DNA of 64,000 nucleotides from Gammaproteobacteria bacterium (GCA_965222615.1 CBDCUI010000007.1:23479-87478), one strand, 5' to 3'. Shown: positions 19,338-27,918, counted from the stretch's first letter. Notes: generated by a model from the letters alone, not told the origin. A program made the numbers and translations.

Positions 19338-21044
19338 TTGGTAATAAGCAGTTATGGTGTAGACGTGGCTAAGCAAACAAGAAAATTCTCATCTATGGTT
19401 GTCGATGGTATCGAACGAGCACCTAGTCGAGCCATGTTGCGTGCGGTTGGCTTTAAAGACGATGACTTCAGCAAACCCCAAATTGGCATCGCATCAACCT
19501 GGAGCATGGTCACGCCATGCAATATGCATATTGATACACTAGCCGATGAAGCCGCACTAGGTGTAAATCAAGCAGGCGGTAAAGCGGTAGTCTTTAATAC
19601 CATCACCATTTCCGATGGTATCTCGATGGGTACCGAAGGTATGAAATACTCATTGGTTTCACGTGAGGTAATTGCCGATTCGATAGAAACCGTTGTCGGC
19701 TGCGAAGGTTTTGACGGCATTGTTGCCATTGGTGGATGCGATAAAAATATGCCTGGCTGTTTGATTGCCCTAGCAAGGCTGAATCGACCCGCGGTGTTTG
19801 TATATGGCGGTACCATCCTGCCGGGAAGCTATAAAAATAAAAAAGTCGATGTCATCTCCGTATTTGAAGCCGTTGGTCAACACGCGCAACAGTTGTTATC
19901 AGACGATGATTTAAAACGAGTGGAATCTACTGCCATACCCGGTCCTGGCTCTTGTGGTGGTATGTATACTGCGAATACGATGGCATCTGCAATTGAAGCA
20001 CTGGGGATGAGTTTGCCAAATAGTTCGGCCCAAAATGCAATTTCAAAAGATAAAAAACAAGATTGCCTAGCTGCAGGACAAGCAGTGATAAAACTAATCG
20101 AAAAAGATATATGCCCTAAAGACATCATGACGAAAAAGGCGTTCCAAAATGCTATTACAGTCGTGACGGCCTTAGGTGGATCTACTAATGCGGTTTTACA
20201 CTTACTCGCCATGGCACATGCCATCGGAATAAAACTTAATATAGATGAATTTACTCGAATAGGAAAAAAAGTACCGGTGCTGGCTGATTTACGCCCAAGT
20301 GGCAAATATATGATGTCAGAACTGATCGAAATCGGTGGCATACAACCCTTGATGCGTATGTTATTGGATAGAGGTTTATTACATGGCGATTGTCTAACCG
20401 TTACTGGTAAATCATTAAAACAAAATTTGCGTGGGATTAAGCACTATCCGAAAACACAAAATATCGTTCACGATTTCAATGACCCAATTAAAAAAGATGG
20501 ACACTTAGTTGTGTTATATGGAAACCTCGCCCCTGAAGGAGCAGTGGCCAAAATCTCTGGCAAAGAAGGTTTGCGTTTTACTGGTAAAGCACGTGTGTTT
20601 GCATCGGAAGAAAAAGCTTTAGAAAAAATTTTGGATGGCGGAATAAAAAAAGGCGATGTCATCGTCATTCGTTATGAAGGACCGAAAGGGGGACCAGGCA
20701 TGCGCGAAATGTTATCGCCTACCTCGGCCATTATGGGTAAAGGTTTAGGTAAAGATGTAGCATTAATCACGGATGGTCGCTTTTCGGGTGGCAGCCATGG
20801 ATTTGTGGTAGGACATATCACCCCTGAGGCGGCAATTGGAGGACCCTTAGGTTTAATAAAAAATGGTGATCAAATAACCATCGATGCCGAAAAACGTGAG
20901 ATTAACGTTAAGCTCACTAAACAAGAACTCAAGCAACGCAAAAAGAAGTGGCGTCCACCAAAACCACGTTATAAGCATGGTGTTTTGGCAAAGTATGCAC
21001 AACAAGTATCCTCAGCTTCTTTGGGCGCAGTAACTGACTTATAA
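19338..21044 (+). CDS. ilvD: Dihydroxy-acid dehydratase
   Basis: ERAPSRAMLRAVGF, CDKNMPG, GSCGGMYTANTM and the C-terminal LITDGRFSGGSHGFVVGHITPEA are IlvD signatures. The start is uncertain: TTG 19338, GTG 19365 or ATG 19395. Confidence 0.93.
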   Translation: MVISSYGVDVAKQTRKFSSMVVDGIERAPSRAMLRAVGFKDDDFSKPQIGIASTWSMVTPCNMHIDTLADEAALGVNQAGGKAVVFNTITISDGISMGTEGMKYSLVSREVIADSIETVVGCEGFDGIVAIGGCDKNMPGCLIALARLNRPAVFVYGGTILPGSYKNKKVDVISVFEAVGQHAQQLLSDDDLKRVESTAIPGPGSCGGMYTANTMASAIEALGMSLPNSSAQNAISKDKKQDCLAAGQAVIKLIEKDICPKDIMTKKAFQNAITVVTALGGSTNAVLHLLAMAHAIGIKLNIDEFTRIGKKVPVLADLRPSGKYMMSELIEIGGIQPLMRMLLDRGLLHGDCLTVTGKSLKQNLRGIKHYPKTQNIVHDFNDPIKKDGHLVVLYGNLAPEGAVAKISGKEGLRFTGKARVFASEEKALEKILDGGIKKGDVIVIRYEGPKGGPGMREMLSPTSAIMGKGLGKDVALITDGRFSGGSHGFVVGHITPEAAIGGPLGLIKNGDQITIDAEKREINVKLTKQELKQRKKKWRPPKPRYKHGVLAKYAQQVSSASLGAVTDL

Positions 21045-21070
21045 ATAAACTATTAAAAGCATAAATTGTC

Positions 21071-21099
21071 GGCCTATCCTAAATAGTTTAGGATGGCCT
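21071..21099 (+). terminator. Possible terminator hairpin after ilvD
   Basis: ggcctatcctaaa-tag-tttaggatggcc is an imperfect stem of about 12 bp located 27 nt after the ilvD stop. There is no clear T-run. Confidence 0.3.
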
Positions 21100-21166
21100 C
21101 GCTTGATAATTACTACTTAAGTATTACCACTAAAAACAACGAAAAATTTCCCTGAAGGAGTTGTCG

Positions 21167-21805
21167 ATGGCGACATTACTATCCCCTGAAGAACTAGAAG
21201 CCATAATGGAACGTAAAAACAAGATGCGTCGTGAGGCCTATGACCGTCGTAATGCACAAGAAGATAAAGATGAGCTCAGTGCACGTGCTTGCGAGAAGTT
21301 TATGGCACTACCTGAATATCAAAATGCCAACGTAGCAATGTGGTATATCGATTGCAGATCCGAAACACGTACTAAACCCCACCTATTAGAAGAAGTCGCT
21401 AAAGGCGAGAAAAAAATTATCGTTCCTTATTGCACCGAAGACGAAAATGGTGAAAACAAGCTAGGTCTTTGGTGGATGGAAAGCTTAGAGGAAATGGTAG
21501 TAGGTAAATGGAATATTCTGGAGCCGCCAAAAGAACTGTGGGGCAACCCTGAAAAAGAGGTCGAGGCCGAAGAGCTCGACATCATCATGGTTCCTGGTGT
21601 CGGCTTTGATCGAAAAGGCGGACGTATGGGCAACGGACAGGGTTACTATGATCGTTTACTTGAAAAGGCACGACCGGATTGTCCTTTAATAGCATTATGC
21701 TATGAATCACAGTTGTTTGATGAGATTCTAGTCGCACCACATGATGTCTACATGGATAAAGTTATCACTGAAGATGCAGTCTATGATGGCATAGGCCGAG
21801 GATAA
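21167..21805 (+). CDS. 5-formyltetrahydrofolate cyclo-ligase family protein
   Basis: MVPGVGFDRKGGRMGNGQGYYDRLL is the family signature. The ATG at 21167 has GAAGGAG 6 nt upstream (the ORF track starts at TTG 21161). The charged N-terminus is longer than I remember for typical members. Confidence 0.8.
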   Translation: MATLLSPEELEAIMERKNKMRREAYDRRNAQEDKDELSARACEKFMALPEYQNANVAMWYIDCRSETRTKPHLLEEVAKGEKKIIVPYCTEDENGENKLGLWWMESLEEMVVGKWNILEPPKELWGNPEKEVEAEELDIIMVPGVGFDRKGGRMGNGQGYYDRLLEKARPDCPLIALCYESQLFDEILVAPHDVYMDKVITEDAVYDGIGRG

Positions 21806-21811
21806 TCGCTT

Positions 21812-22735
21812 ATGGCTGCAAAAATTGATGACACTTATGCAGAGGCGTTTAAAAGTTTATATACAGAATTTTTAATCACTGCACGCGATCGCAAATGGCT
21901 AGACCATGCTGTGAACGCAGCAACTGGGAATGCCTCAAGTTCAATTTTATGTGACTGCGAAGCAGGCATGGATCGTTATGTAGGCCCTGGTGGAGATGAG
22001 AGTTTTACAACACCAGATGGTCGCCCTGGTGCAATTGTGCAGTTACATGTTCCTCGTTTTCGTAAAGATCGCGTAGAAGCCCTAGAACGTTCGGCATTAG
22101 TTCGTATTAGTCAAAATGTATTAACCTGCCCAACTGCTTCTTGCTTTAATTTGATCGATTCAGAAGAGTATTATCACATGGGCCGTAAAGTAGCTTACTT
22201 TGGCAACGGCTATCAAAAACGCATTGAACGCTTTGGTCGCAAGATGTGGTGGATTCCGATTCTTGGTGGTGAATTTATTTTAGATCGTCGCTTGGGTTAC
22301 GCAGACGGCCTCATGGGTGGCAATTTATGGTTCTTTGGTGACAGTGTCGATTCCGCATTATTGGCTGCAGAAAAAGGGGTGGAAGCGATACTACCAATGC
22401 CGGGGGTCATAACCACCTTTCCAGGTGGCATTGCGGGCAGTGGTTCCAAGGCCGGCAGTAATTACGACTTCACGATTGCCAGCACTTACGAAAAATTTTG
22501 TCCTTTACTGCAAGATGATCCAACGGTAGAAGCAGGACTGCCTGAAGGTGTTAACTGTGTAATGGAGATCATTATGAATGGTCAAGGTATGCAACCTATT
22601 GTCGATGCCACCCAAGCAGCAATCAAAGCTTCTGTAGACACTCCGGGCTTAATTATGATCTCTGCGGGTAATTATGGTGGGCGTTTGGGGAAATCCTTTA
22701 TCTACCTAGATCCCTCCAAACAACCTACAGCTTAA
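21812..22735 (+). CDS. ftr: Formylmethanofuran:tetrahydromethanopterin N-formyltransferase (Ftr/FhcD family)
   Basis: 307 aa, collinear with archaeal Ftr as I remember it: DTYAEAF..LITA, TPDGRPG, LTCPTASCF, YFGNGYQ, IPILGGEF, GGNLWFFG, FPGGIAGSGSKAGS, ISAGNYGGRLGK. Confidence 0.85.
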   Translation: MAAKIDDTYAEAFKSLYTEFLITARDRKWLDHAVNAATGNASSSILCDCEAGMDRYVGPGGDESFTTPDGRPGAIVQLHVPRFRKDRVEALERSALVRISQNVLTCPTASCFNLIDSEEYYHMGRKVAYFGNGYQKRIERFGRKMWWIPILGGEFILDRRLGYADGLMGGNLWFFGDSVDSALLAAEKGVEAILPMPGVITTFPGGIAGSGSKAGSNYDFTIASTYEKFCPLLQDDPTVEAGLPEGVNCVMEIIMNGQGMQPIVDATQAAIKASVDTPGLIMISAGNYGGRLGKSFIYLDPSKQPTA

Positions 22736-22883
22736 GAAGCTCTGAGTTTATTCTTCTACTTCGTTAAAAAAGTATTTCGAAATGCTCATGTACTTAGTAT
22801 GTACACTGCGCTTTCGAAATATTTTTTGCCTCGTATAAGACGCTCATGTTATTGAGTAACATGAGCTAATAAATCAGAACTCC
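22736..22883. repeat. Long imperfect palindromic intergenic repeat, copy A (nested-hairpin element)
   Basis: The left arm gaagctctgagtttattcttctacttcgttaaaaaag pairs with the right arm ttttttgcctcgtataaga[..]aataaatcagaactcc. The right arm contains a nested perfect 10-bp hairpin gctcatgtta-ttgag-taacatgagc (22842-22866). The arms match copy B and the core matches copy C, in both cases in inverse orientation. Confidence 0.8.
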
Positions 22884-22895
22884 CTTTAATTTGTT

Positions 22896-23774
22896 ATGAC
22901 TTCGGAATTTGAAAAAACATCTGGTGGGGCCATCTTGATGGATGGAAAAGCTGTCGCTGAAGTACTGCAAACTAGAGTAGCCAACAAATTAGCACAGTCT
23001 CCCAACTCCAAAGTAACTCTTGCAACAGTATTAATTGGTAACGACCCTGCTAGTAATCTTTATGTAGAAATGAAGCAACGTCGTGCAACTGCGGTCGGTA
23101 TACAGTCTAAGCATATACAACTATCTAGCGATGTATCCATGCCTCAAGCATCTGAAGAAGTCTTAACACTGGTTGAAAATCCCCATGTACATGGAATTCT
23201 GATTCAGTTACCACTTCCTCCTCAACTCGATACTCACAAGATTATTGATTTGCTCCCAGCTGAAAAAGATGTGGATGGCTTAAGTAACAACAATCTTGGC
23301 AAGTTATTACGTGGAGAACCTGGACTAGTACCCTGTACACCCTTAGGGGTAATGTGTTTATTGGAGCACTATAATATTCCTACTGCTGGCCAACGAGCGG
23401 TGGTAATTGGCCGCTCCACATTAGTAGGACTACCACAAGTATTATTATTGGCACGCAAAGGAATCGATGCGACCGTTACGCTAGCGCATTCACGCAGTGG
23501 TGATTTAGTGGAAATTACAAAATCAGCAGACATCATTATTGCTGCAGCTGGCATGGCTCGTTTAGTTACCAAGAAACATGTCAAGCCTGGCGCCACCGTA
23601 ATTGATGTTGGGGTAACACGTACCGATGACGGTATTCAAGGTGATGTAGATTTTGATCAAGTACAATCCACTGCAGGCGCCATCACTCCCATGCCGGGCG
23701 GTACAGGACCGATGACCGTAGCATGTTTATTGGAAAACACATTGCATGCAGCCAAGTTGCAAAATGCGCTCTAA
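22896..23774 (+). CDS. folD: Bifunctional methylene-THF dehydrogenase / methenyl-THF cyclohydrolase
   Basis: 292 aa. LATVLIGNDPASNLYVEMKQR, GILIQLPLP, PCTPLGV, VVIGRSTLVG.P and PMPGGTGPMTVA are FolD signatures. Confidence 0.93.
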   Translation: MTSEFEKTSGGAILMDGKAVAEVLQTRVANKLAQSPNSKVTLATVLIGNDPASNLYVEMKQRRATAVGIQSKHIQLSSDVSMPQASEEVLTLVENPHVHGILIQLPLPPQLDTHKIIDLLPAEKDVDGLSNNNLGKLLRGEPGLVPCTPLGVMCLLEHYNIPTAGQRAVVIGRSTLVGLPQVLLLARKGIDATVTLAHSRSGDLVEITKSADIIIAAAGMARLVTKKHVKPGATVIDVGVTRTDDGIQGDVDFDQVQSTAGAITPMPGGTGPMTVACLLENTLHAAKLQNAL

Positions 23775-24005
23775 GATAAGTGCATTAACCCGGTTAAGTG
23801 CGATTTATTACCCTATAATATCCATCACGTAATATGCAAATTGCTTGAGCCGACTATAGGGCTTATGGCAAGATGCTGAACTTTTCGCGCAACTGTGTTG
23901 CTTGCGAATGTGGCAGCTCCGGCCGCTGATATAAAAACTGTGATAATAATCGGGGCTCATTCACTTTTTTAATTTTTAATAAAATTCAATAAAAGGGTTC
24001 ACGTT

Positions 24006-25274
24006 ATGCCTGGAGAAAAATTATCATTCCCTGGAAGAAATTATTTATTCGCGCCTGGTCCTACTCATATTCCTCAGGCAGTTCAAAACGCTATGATCTG
24101 CCCACAAGAAGATCACCGTGCTCCTGATTTTCCACAACTCGTTAAACCCTTACTCAAAGACGTTAAAAAAATATTTAAAACCACAAAAGGAACATGTTTT
24201 TTGTTCCCCGCAACGGGAACCGCTGGTTGGGAGGTTGCCTTAGCAAATACCATGTCTCCTGGCGACAAAATTCTGACTACACGTTTTGGACAATTTAGTC
24301 ATTTATGGTACGACCTGTCTTGCCGCATCGGTTTAGATGTACAACTTGTGGAGACACCATGGGGCGAAGGTGTACCCATCGACAAATTTAAAAAGATTTT
24401 ACAAGCCGACAAAAAACATCAAATTAAAGCAGTAGTCGTTTGTCATAATGAAACGGCCACGGGTGTAACTAGCGATATCGCTGCATTAGGTAAAATGCTG
24501 AAACAAATTAAGCACCCTGCACTACTCATGGTTGATGGCGTAAGCTCTATCGCTAGTATCGATTTTCGTATGGATCAGTGGGGAGTCGATGTGGCAGTGA
24601 GTGGTTCTCAAAAAGGATTCATGCTTCCTGCGGGCATGGCCATACTTGCATTTAGCCCTCGCGCAATGAATGCTCGCAAAAAAGCGAAATGCGCGCGTTG
24701 TTTTCTCGATATTCAAGATCATATTAATGCCAATAAAGATGGCTACTTTCCTTACACACCTTCTGTACCCATGTTACGTGGACTGCGTGCAGCACTTGAT
24801 TTGCTGATGGACGAAGGTCTGGAGAATGTATTTAAACGGCACCATCGCTTGGCCGAAGGTGTGCGTAAAGCAGTCAAGGCATGGGGTATGAAACCTTGTG
24901 CCAGAGCGCCTAAATGGTATTCCGATACGGTTACCGCAATTATGGTTCCATCTAGTGTCAATGCTGCGGAAGTTATCCATATTGCTTACCATCGCTACAA
25001 TATTTCACTCGGCGCAGGTTTATCCAAAGTTGCTGGCAAAGTGTTTCGCATTGGTCACTTAGGTGATAATAACGAAGCACGCATGATGGCAGTATTGGGC
25101 TCGGTTGAAATGGCGATGAACGATGCCGGCATGAAAATTAAACCTGGTAGTGGAGTAGCAGCGGCAGAAGAATATTATCGTAAGACTGCCAAAAAGATTA
25201 AAAAGTTTGGAGCTACTCAAGCACCGCGTGAAGCACGTACCGCTACTAAAAAGAAAAGAGCAAAAAGAAAATAA
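24006..25274 (+). CDS. sga: Serine-glyoxylate aminotransferase (class V) with an unusual basic C-terminal tail
   Basis: Collinear with methylotroph SGAT as remembered: FAPGPTHIP, EDHRAPDF, FGQFSHLW, VVCHNETATGVTSDI, GSQKGFMLPAG, GYFPYTP, GKVFRIGHLGD. There are about 30 extra Lys/Arg-rich residues after GSGVAAA. Confidence 0.9.
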   Translation: MPGEKLSFPGRNYLFAPGPTHIPQAVQNAMICPQEDHRAPDFPQLVKPLLKDVKKIFKTTKGTCFLFPATGTAGWEVALANTMSPGDKILTTRFGQFSHLWYDLSCRIGLDVQLVETPWGEGVPIDKFKKILQADKKHQIKAVVVCHNETATGVTSDIAALGKMLKQIKHPALLMVDGVSSIASIDFRMDQWGVDVAVSGSQKGFMLPAGMAILAFSPRAMNARKKAKCARCFLDIQDHINANKDGYFPYTPSVPMLRGLRAALDLLMDEGLENVFKRHHRLAEGVRKAVKAWGMKPCARAPKWYSDTVTAIMVPSSVNAAEVIHIAYHRYNISLGAGLSKVAGKVFRIGHLGDNNEARMMAVLGSVEMAMNDAGMKIKPGSGVAAAEEYYRKTAKKIKKFGATQAPREARTATKKKRAKRK

Positions 25275-25293
25275 ATTGAATAACTAAAACACG

Positions 25294-25512
25294 GGAGGCT
25301 ATGATTTATTAGCCATGTAAACATGGCGACTTAGACGAGGCAAAAAATGTTGAGACAAATCTGCTGGGAGCAGATTTGGGAAGCTCTGCTAGCCGCAGGC
25401 CGAGTACCAGGAAGGTACGAGTCAAAGCGGAGTTTACACGCTAGTTTGCGGCTTTGCCGCCCCGCATTTTGAAACATTTTTTAACGAAGTATAAGAATAA
25501 ATCAGAGCTTCC
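25294..25512. repeat. Palindromic intergenic repeat, copy B (same arms as copy A, inverted, with a larger GC-rich core)
   Basis: The reverse complement of the right arm (ggaagctctgatttattcttatacttcgttaaaaaatgtt) is nearly identical to the copy-A left arm: 1 indel and 1 substitution over about 36 nt. The left arm carries the homologous nested hairpin gccatgt-aa-acatggc. The core (25351-25472) is unrelated to the copy-A core. Confidence 0.8.
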
Positions 25513-25545
25513 ATATAACATTCACTAAAATTTAGGTAGAAGCTT

Positions 25546-26487
25546 ATGAGTTTTACTCAATACAAACCCGCACAACTCCGCGTACAACGTTGCGAATTGG
25601 CTGTTCCCGGATCGAATCCTAAAATGATGGAAAAAGCAGTCACATGTGCTGCGGATTATGTTTTTCTAGATTTGGAAGACGCCGTCGCACCGGACGATAA
25701 AGTCCAAGCACGAAAAAATGTAATTGCTGCGCTAAAAGAACATGACTGGAAAGGTAACGGCAAAACTGTATCCGTGCGTATCAATGGATTAGATACCCAT
25801 TATATGTACCGCGATGTGGTAGACGTGGTCGAACAAGCCGGCGATAAACTAGATACCATCTTGATTCCAAAAGTAGGTACAACCGGGGATGTGTATATGG
25901 TAGATGCCATGGTGACCCAGATTGAAGAAGCCATGGGACTCAACAATAAAATTGGCTTGGAGGCGTTGATTGAAACGGCATTAGGCATGGCTAATGTGGA
26001 AGCCATTGCCACTTCAAGTCCACGTATGGAGGCCATGCATTTTGGTGTGGCGGATTATGCTGCAAGTAATCGTGCCCGTACGGTGAATATCGGTGGTCTA
26101 AATCCCGATTACCCAGGCGATCAATGGCATGCGGCGATTTCGCGCATGACTGTGGCTTGCCGTGCCTATGGATTACGCCCTATTGATGGCCCGTTTGGCG
26201 ATTTCAATGACCCTGATGGTTATTTACTAGCCGCTCGACGTGCTGCCGCCCTTGGCTGTGAAGGTAAATGGGCCATTCACCCAAAACAAATCGAACTGGC
26301 TAACGAGGTATTCTCACCTCCTGAAGCAGAAGTAACCAAGGCAAAAAGAATCCTTGAGGAGCTAGAAAAGGCAGCCAAAGAAGGTAAAGGTGCTGCCTCT
26401 TTAGATGGAAAAATGATCGATGCGGCTTCGGCCCGAATGGCTGAAAATGTGGTTCGAGCTGCCGATGCGATTGCCGCAAAATCTTAA
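25546..26487 (+). CDS. mcl: L-malyl-CoA / beta-methylmalyl-CoA lyase (HpcH/HpaI-citrate lyase beta family)
   Basis: Very close to methylotroph MclA as remembered: SELAVPGSNP-like CELAVPGSNPKMMEK, FLDLEDAVAPDDK, INGLDTHYMYRDVVD, LIETALGMANVEAIATSS, ACRAYGLRPIDGPFGDF, GKWAIHPKQI. Confidence 0.92.
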   Translation: MSFTQYKPAQLRVQRCELAVPGSNPKMMEKAVTCAADYVFLDLEDAVAPDDKVQARKNVIAALKEHDWKGNGKTVSVRINGLDTHYMYRDVVDVVEQAGDKLDTILIPKVGTTGDVYMVDAMVTQIEEAMGLNNKIGLEALIETALGMANVEAIATSSPRMEAMHFGVADYAASNRARTVNIGGLNPDYPGDQWHAAISRMTVACRAYGLRPIDGPFGDFNDPDGYLLAARRAAALGCEGKWAIHPKQIELANEVFSPPEAEVTKAKRILEELEKAAKEGKGAASLDGKMIDAASARMAENVVRAADAIAAKS

Positions 26488-26561
26488 GTTATAGCGCTAA
26501 TGCTGAGCTAGAACAGATAACGCAGTTAATATTGCTTATTTTTTAAGCAATTATCCAACAA

Positions 26562-26652
26562 GAGGGTTTGTCGAGAGGCGACCGAATAGGCTATAAAAGG
26601 CCCTCGGTCCGACACATAAACTTCGACCGACGCTGATAAGAATAAATCATTT
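26562..26652. repeat. Degenerate/partial copy (D) of the repeat family upstream of mtkA
   Basis: It shares an identical 14-mer ataagaataaatca (26636-26649) with copy B (25491-25504). The preceding imperfect palindrome is gggtttgtcgagaggcgaccga...tcggtccgacacataaac. Similarity in the arms is weak. Confidence 0.4.
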
Positions 26653-26669
26653 TCTCGGGAGGGAATTAA

Positions 26670-27845
26670 GTGGATATCCATGAGTATCAAGCGAAAGAGC
26701 TATTGTCTGAATTTGGAGTGGGCATTGCGCCAGGGGGGCTAGCTTACAGCCCTGAACAAGCCGTTTACCGTGCTAAAGAAATTGGTGGCAATAAATGGGC
26801 AGTGAAGGCCCAAATTCATTCTGGTGCACGCGGCAAAGCCGGCGGTATTAAACTTTGCACCAATGATGAAGAAATTTGGCAAGCTGCAGATGAACTACTG
26901 GGCAAACGTCTGGTCACTCATCAGACCGGCCCTACAGGAAAAGTGGTTTATCGTCTATACGTTGAACAAGCAACCGATATAGAGAATGAAATTTATTTAG
27001 CACTTGTCCTTGACCGTAATAAACAACGGGTTGTGATTGTTACATCTTCTGAAGGTGGCATGGATATTGAAGAAGTTGCCGCAACCAAGCCTGATTCCAT
27101 TCACCGGCTAGAAGTTGAGCCAGCAGTGGGCTTACGCGATTTTCAAGCACGCGAACTCGCTTTCGCGCTTGGTATTAAACCTGAATTAATTAGCCAAGCC
27201 GTGCATTGTATTAAAGGTGCGTATCGCGCATTTCGTGATTTAGACGCCACCATGGTTGAGATTAATCCTTTAGTCATTACTAAAGACAATCATGTCTTAG
27301 CTTTAGATGCAAAAATGGGTTTTGATGATAATGCCTTATTCCGTCGCCCTAATATCTCTGAATTACGTGATAAATCTCAAGAAGATCCGCGCGAAACGGC
27401 TGCATCCGATCGTGGCTTAAGTTACGTGGGCTTGGATGGCGACATCGGCTGCATGATTAATGGTGCCGGCTTGGCGATGGCTACCATGGATATGATCAAA
27501 CACAAAGGTGGTGAGCCCGCAAACTTTTTAGATATTGGTGGTGGTGCATCTCCAGATCGAGTTACCAAGGCATTTAAATTAGTGCTCGATGATGAAAACG
27601 TTAAAGCCATGCTAGTAAATATCTTCGCAGGTATTAATCGTTGTGATTGGATTGCTGAAGGCGTAATACAAGCCTTCGGTAAACTAGATGTGAAGGTTCC
27701 GGTGGTAGTGCGCCTTTCTGGAACCAATGTCGAAAAAGGCATGCAAATGCTAAAAGACAGTGGTTACCCCATTATTACGGCTGATACGTTAGCAGAAGCG
27801 GCAGAAAAAGTAGTCGGTGAACGTAACCGCGTTGTCGGCTCATAA
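26670..27845 (+). CDS. mtkA: Malate thiokinase (malate-CoA ligase) large/beta subunit
   Basis: GTG start with GGGAGGG upstream. [68 protein letters not shown] and [11 protein letters not shown] closely resemble MtkA. Its position next to mcl and sga favours malate thiokinase over SucC. Confidence 0.88.
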   Translation: MDIHEYQAKELLSEFGVGIAPGGLAYSPEQAVYRAKEIGGNKWAVKAQIHSGARGKAGGIKLCTNDEEIWQAADELLGKRLVTHQTGPTGKVVYRLYVEQATDIENEIYLALVLDRNKQRVVIVTSSEGGMDIEEVAATKPDSIHRLEVEPAVGLRDFQARELAFALGIKPELISQAVHCIKGAYRAFRDLDATMVEINPLVITKDNHVLALDAKMGFDDNALFRRPNISELRDKSQEDPRETAASDRGLSYVGLDGDIGCMINGAGLAMATMDMIKHKGGEPANFLDIGGGASPDRVTKAFKLVLDDENVKAMLVNIFAGINRCDWIAEGVIQAFGKLDVKVPVVVRLSGTNVEKGMQMLKDSGYPIITADTLAEAAEKVVGERNRVVGS

Positions 27846-27918
27846 AGTTTAGAAGAACTGTCGCAGATAAAGTAAAAGTAAGAAAATTGCGCGCGTAAAT
27901 TTCTAGGAGAATTCACAC

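Noticed and set aside
23910-23925. A sigma-54-like TGGCAG...GC sequence upstream of sga.
   Set aside because: The spacing between the GG and the nearest GC dinucleotide is 8 or 11 nt rather than the required 10, and there is no TTGC element. It is not a credible -24/-12 promoter.
25341-25480. The idea that the GC-rich core of repeat copy B is a ZTP, THF or glycine riboswitch controlling C1 genes.
   Set aside because: I could not find the conserved cores of those classes by eye (for example the ZTP CCGCCUGGGC-type 3' element, or the glycine GGAGAG...CACCG). The sequence is flanked by repeat arms, which points to a mobile or repeat origin. I kept it only as an unknown structured element.
26531-26551. 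The hairpin attgctta-ttttt-taagcaat after mcl as a rho-independent terminator.
   Set aside because: The 8-bp stem is AT-rich (2 G-C pairs) and is not followed by a T-run, so it is too weak to annotate. It may be part of the degenerate repeat region upstream of mtkA.
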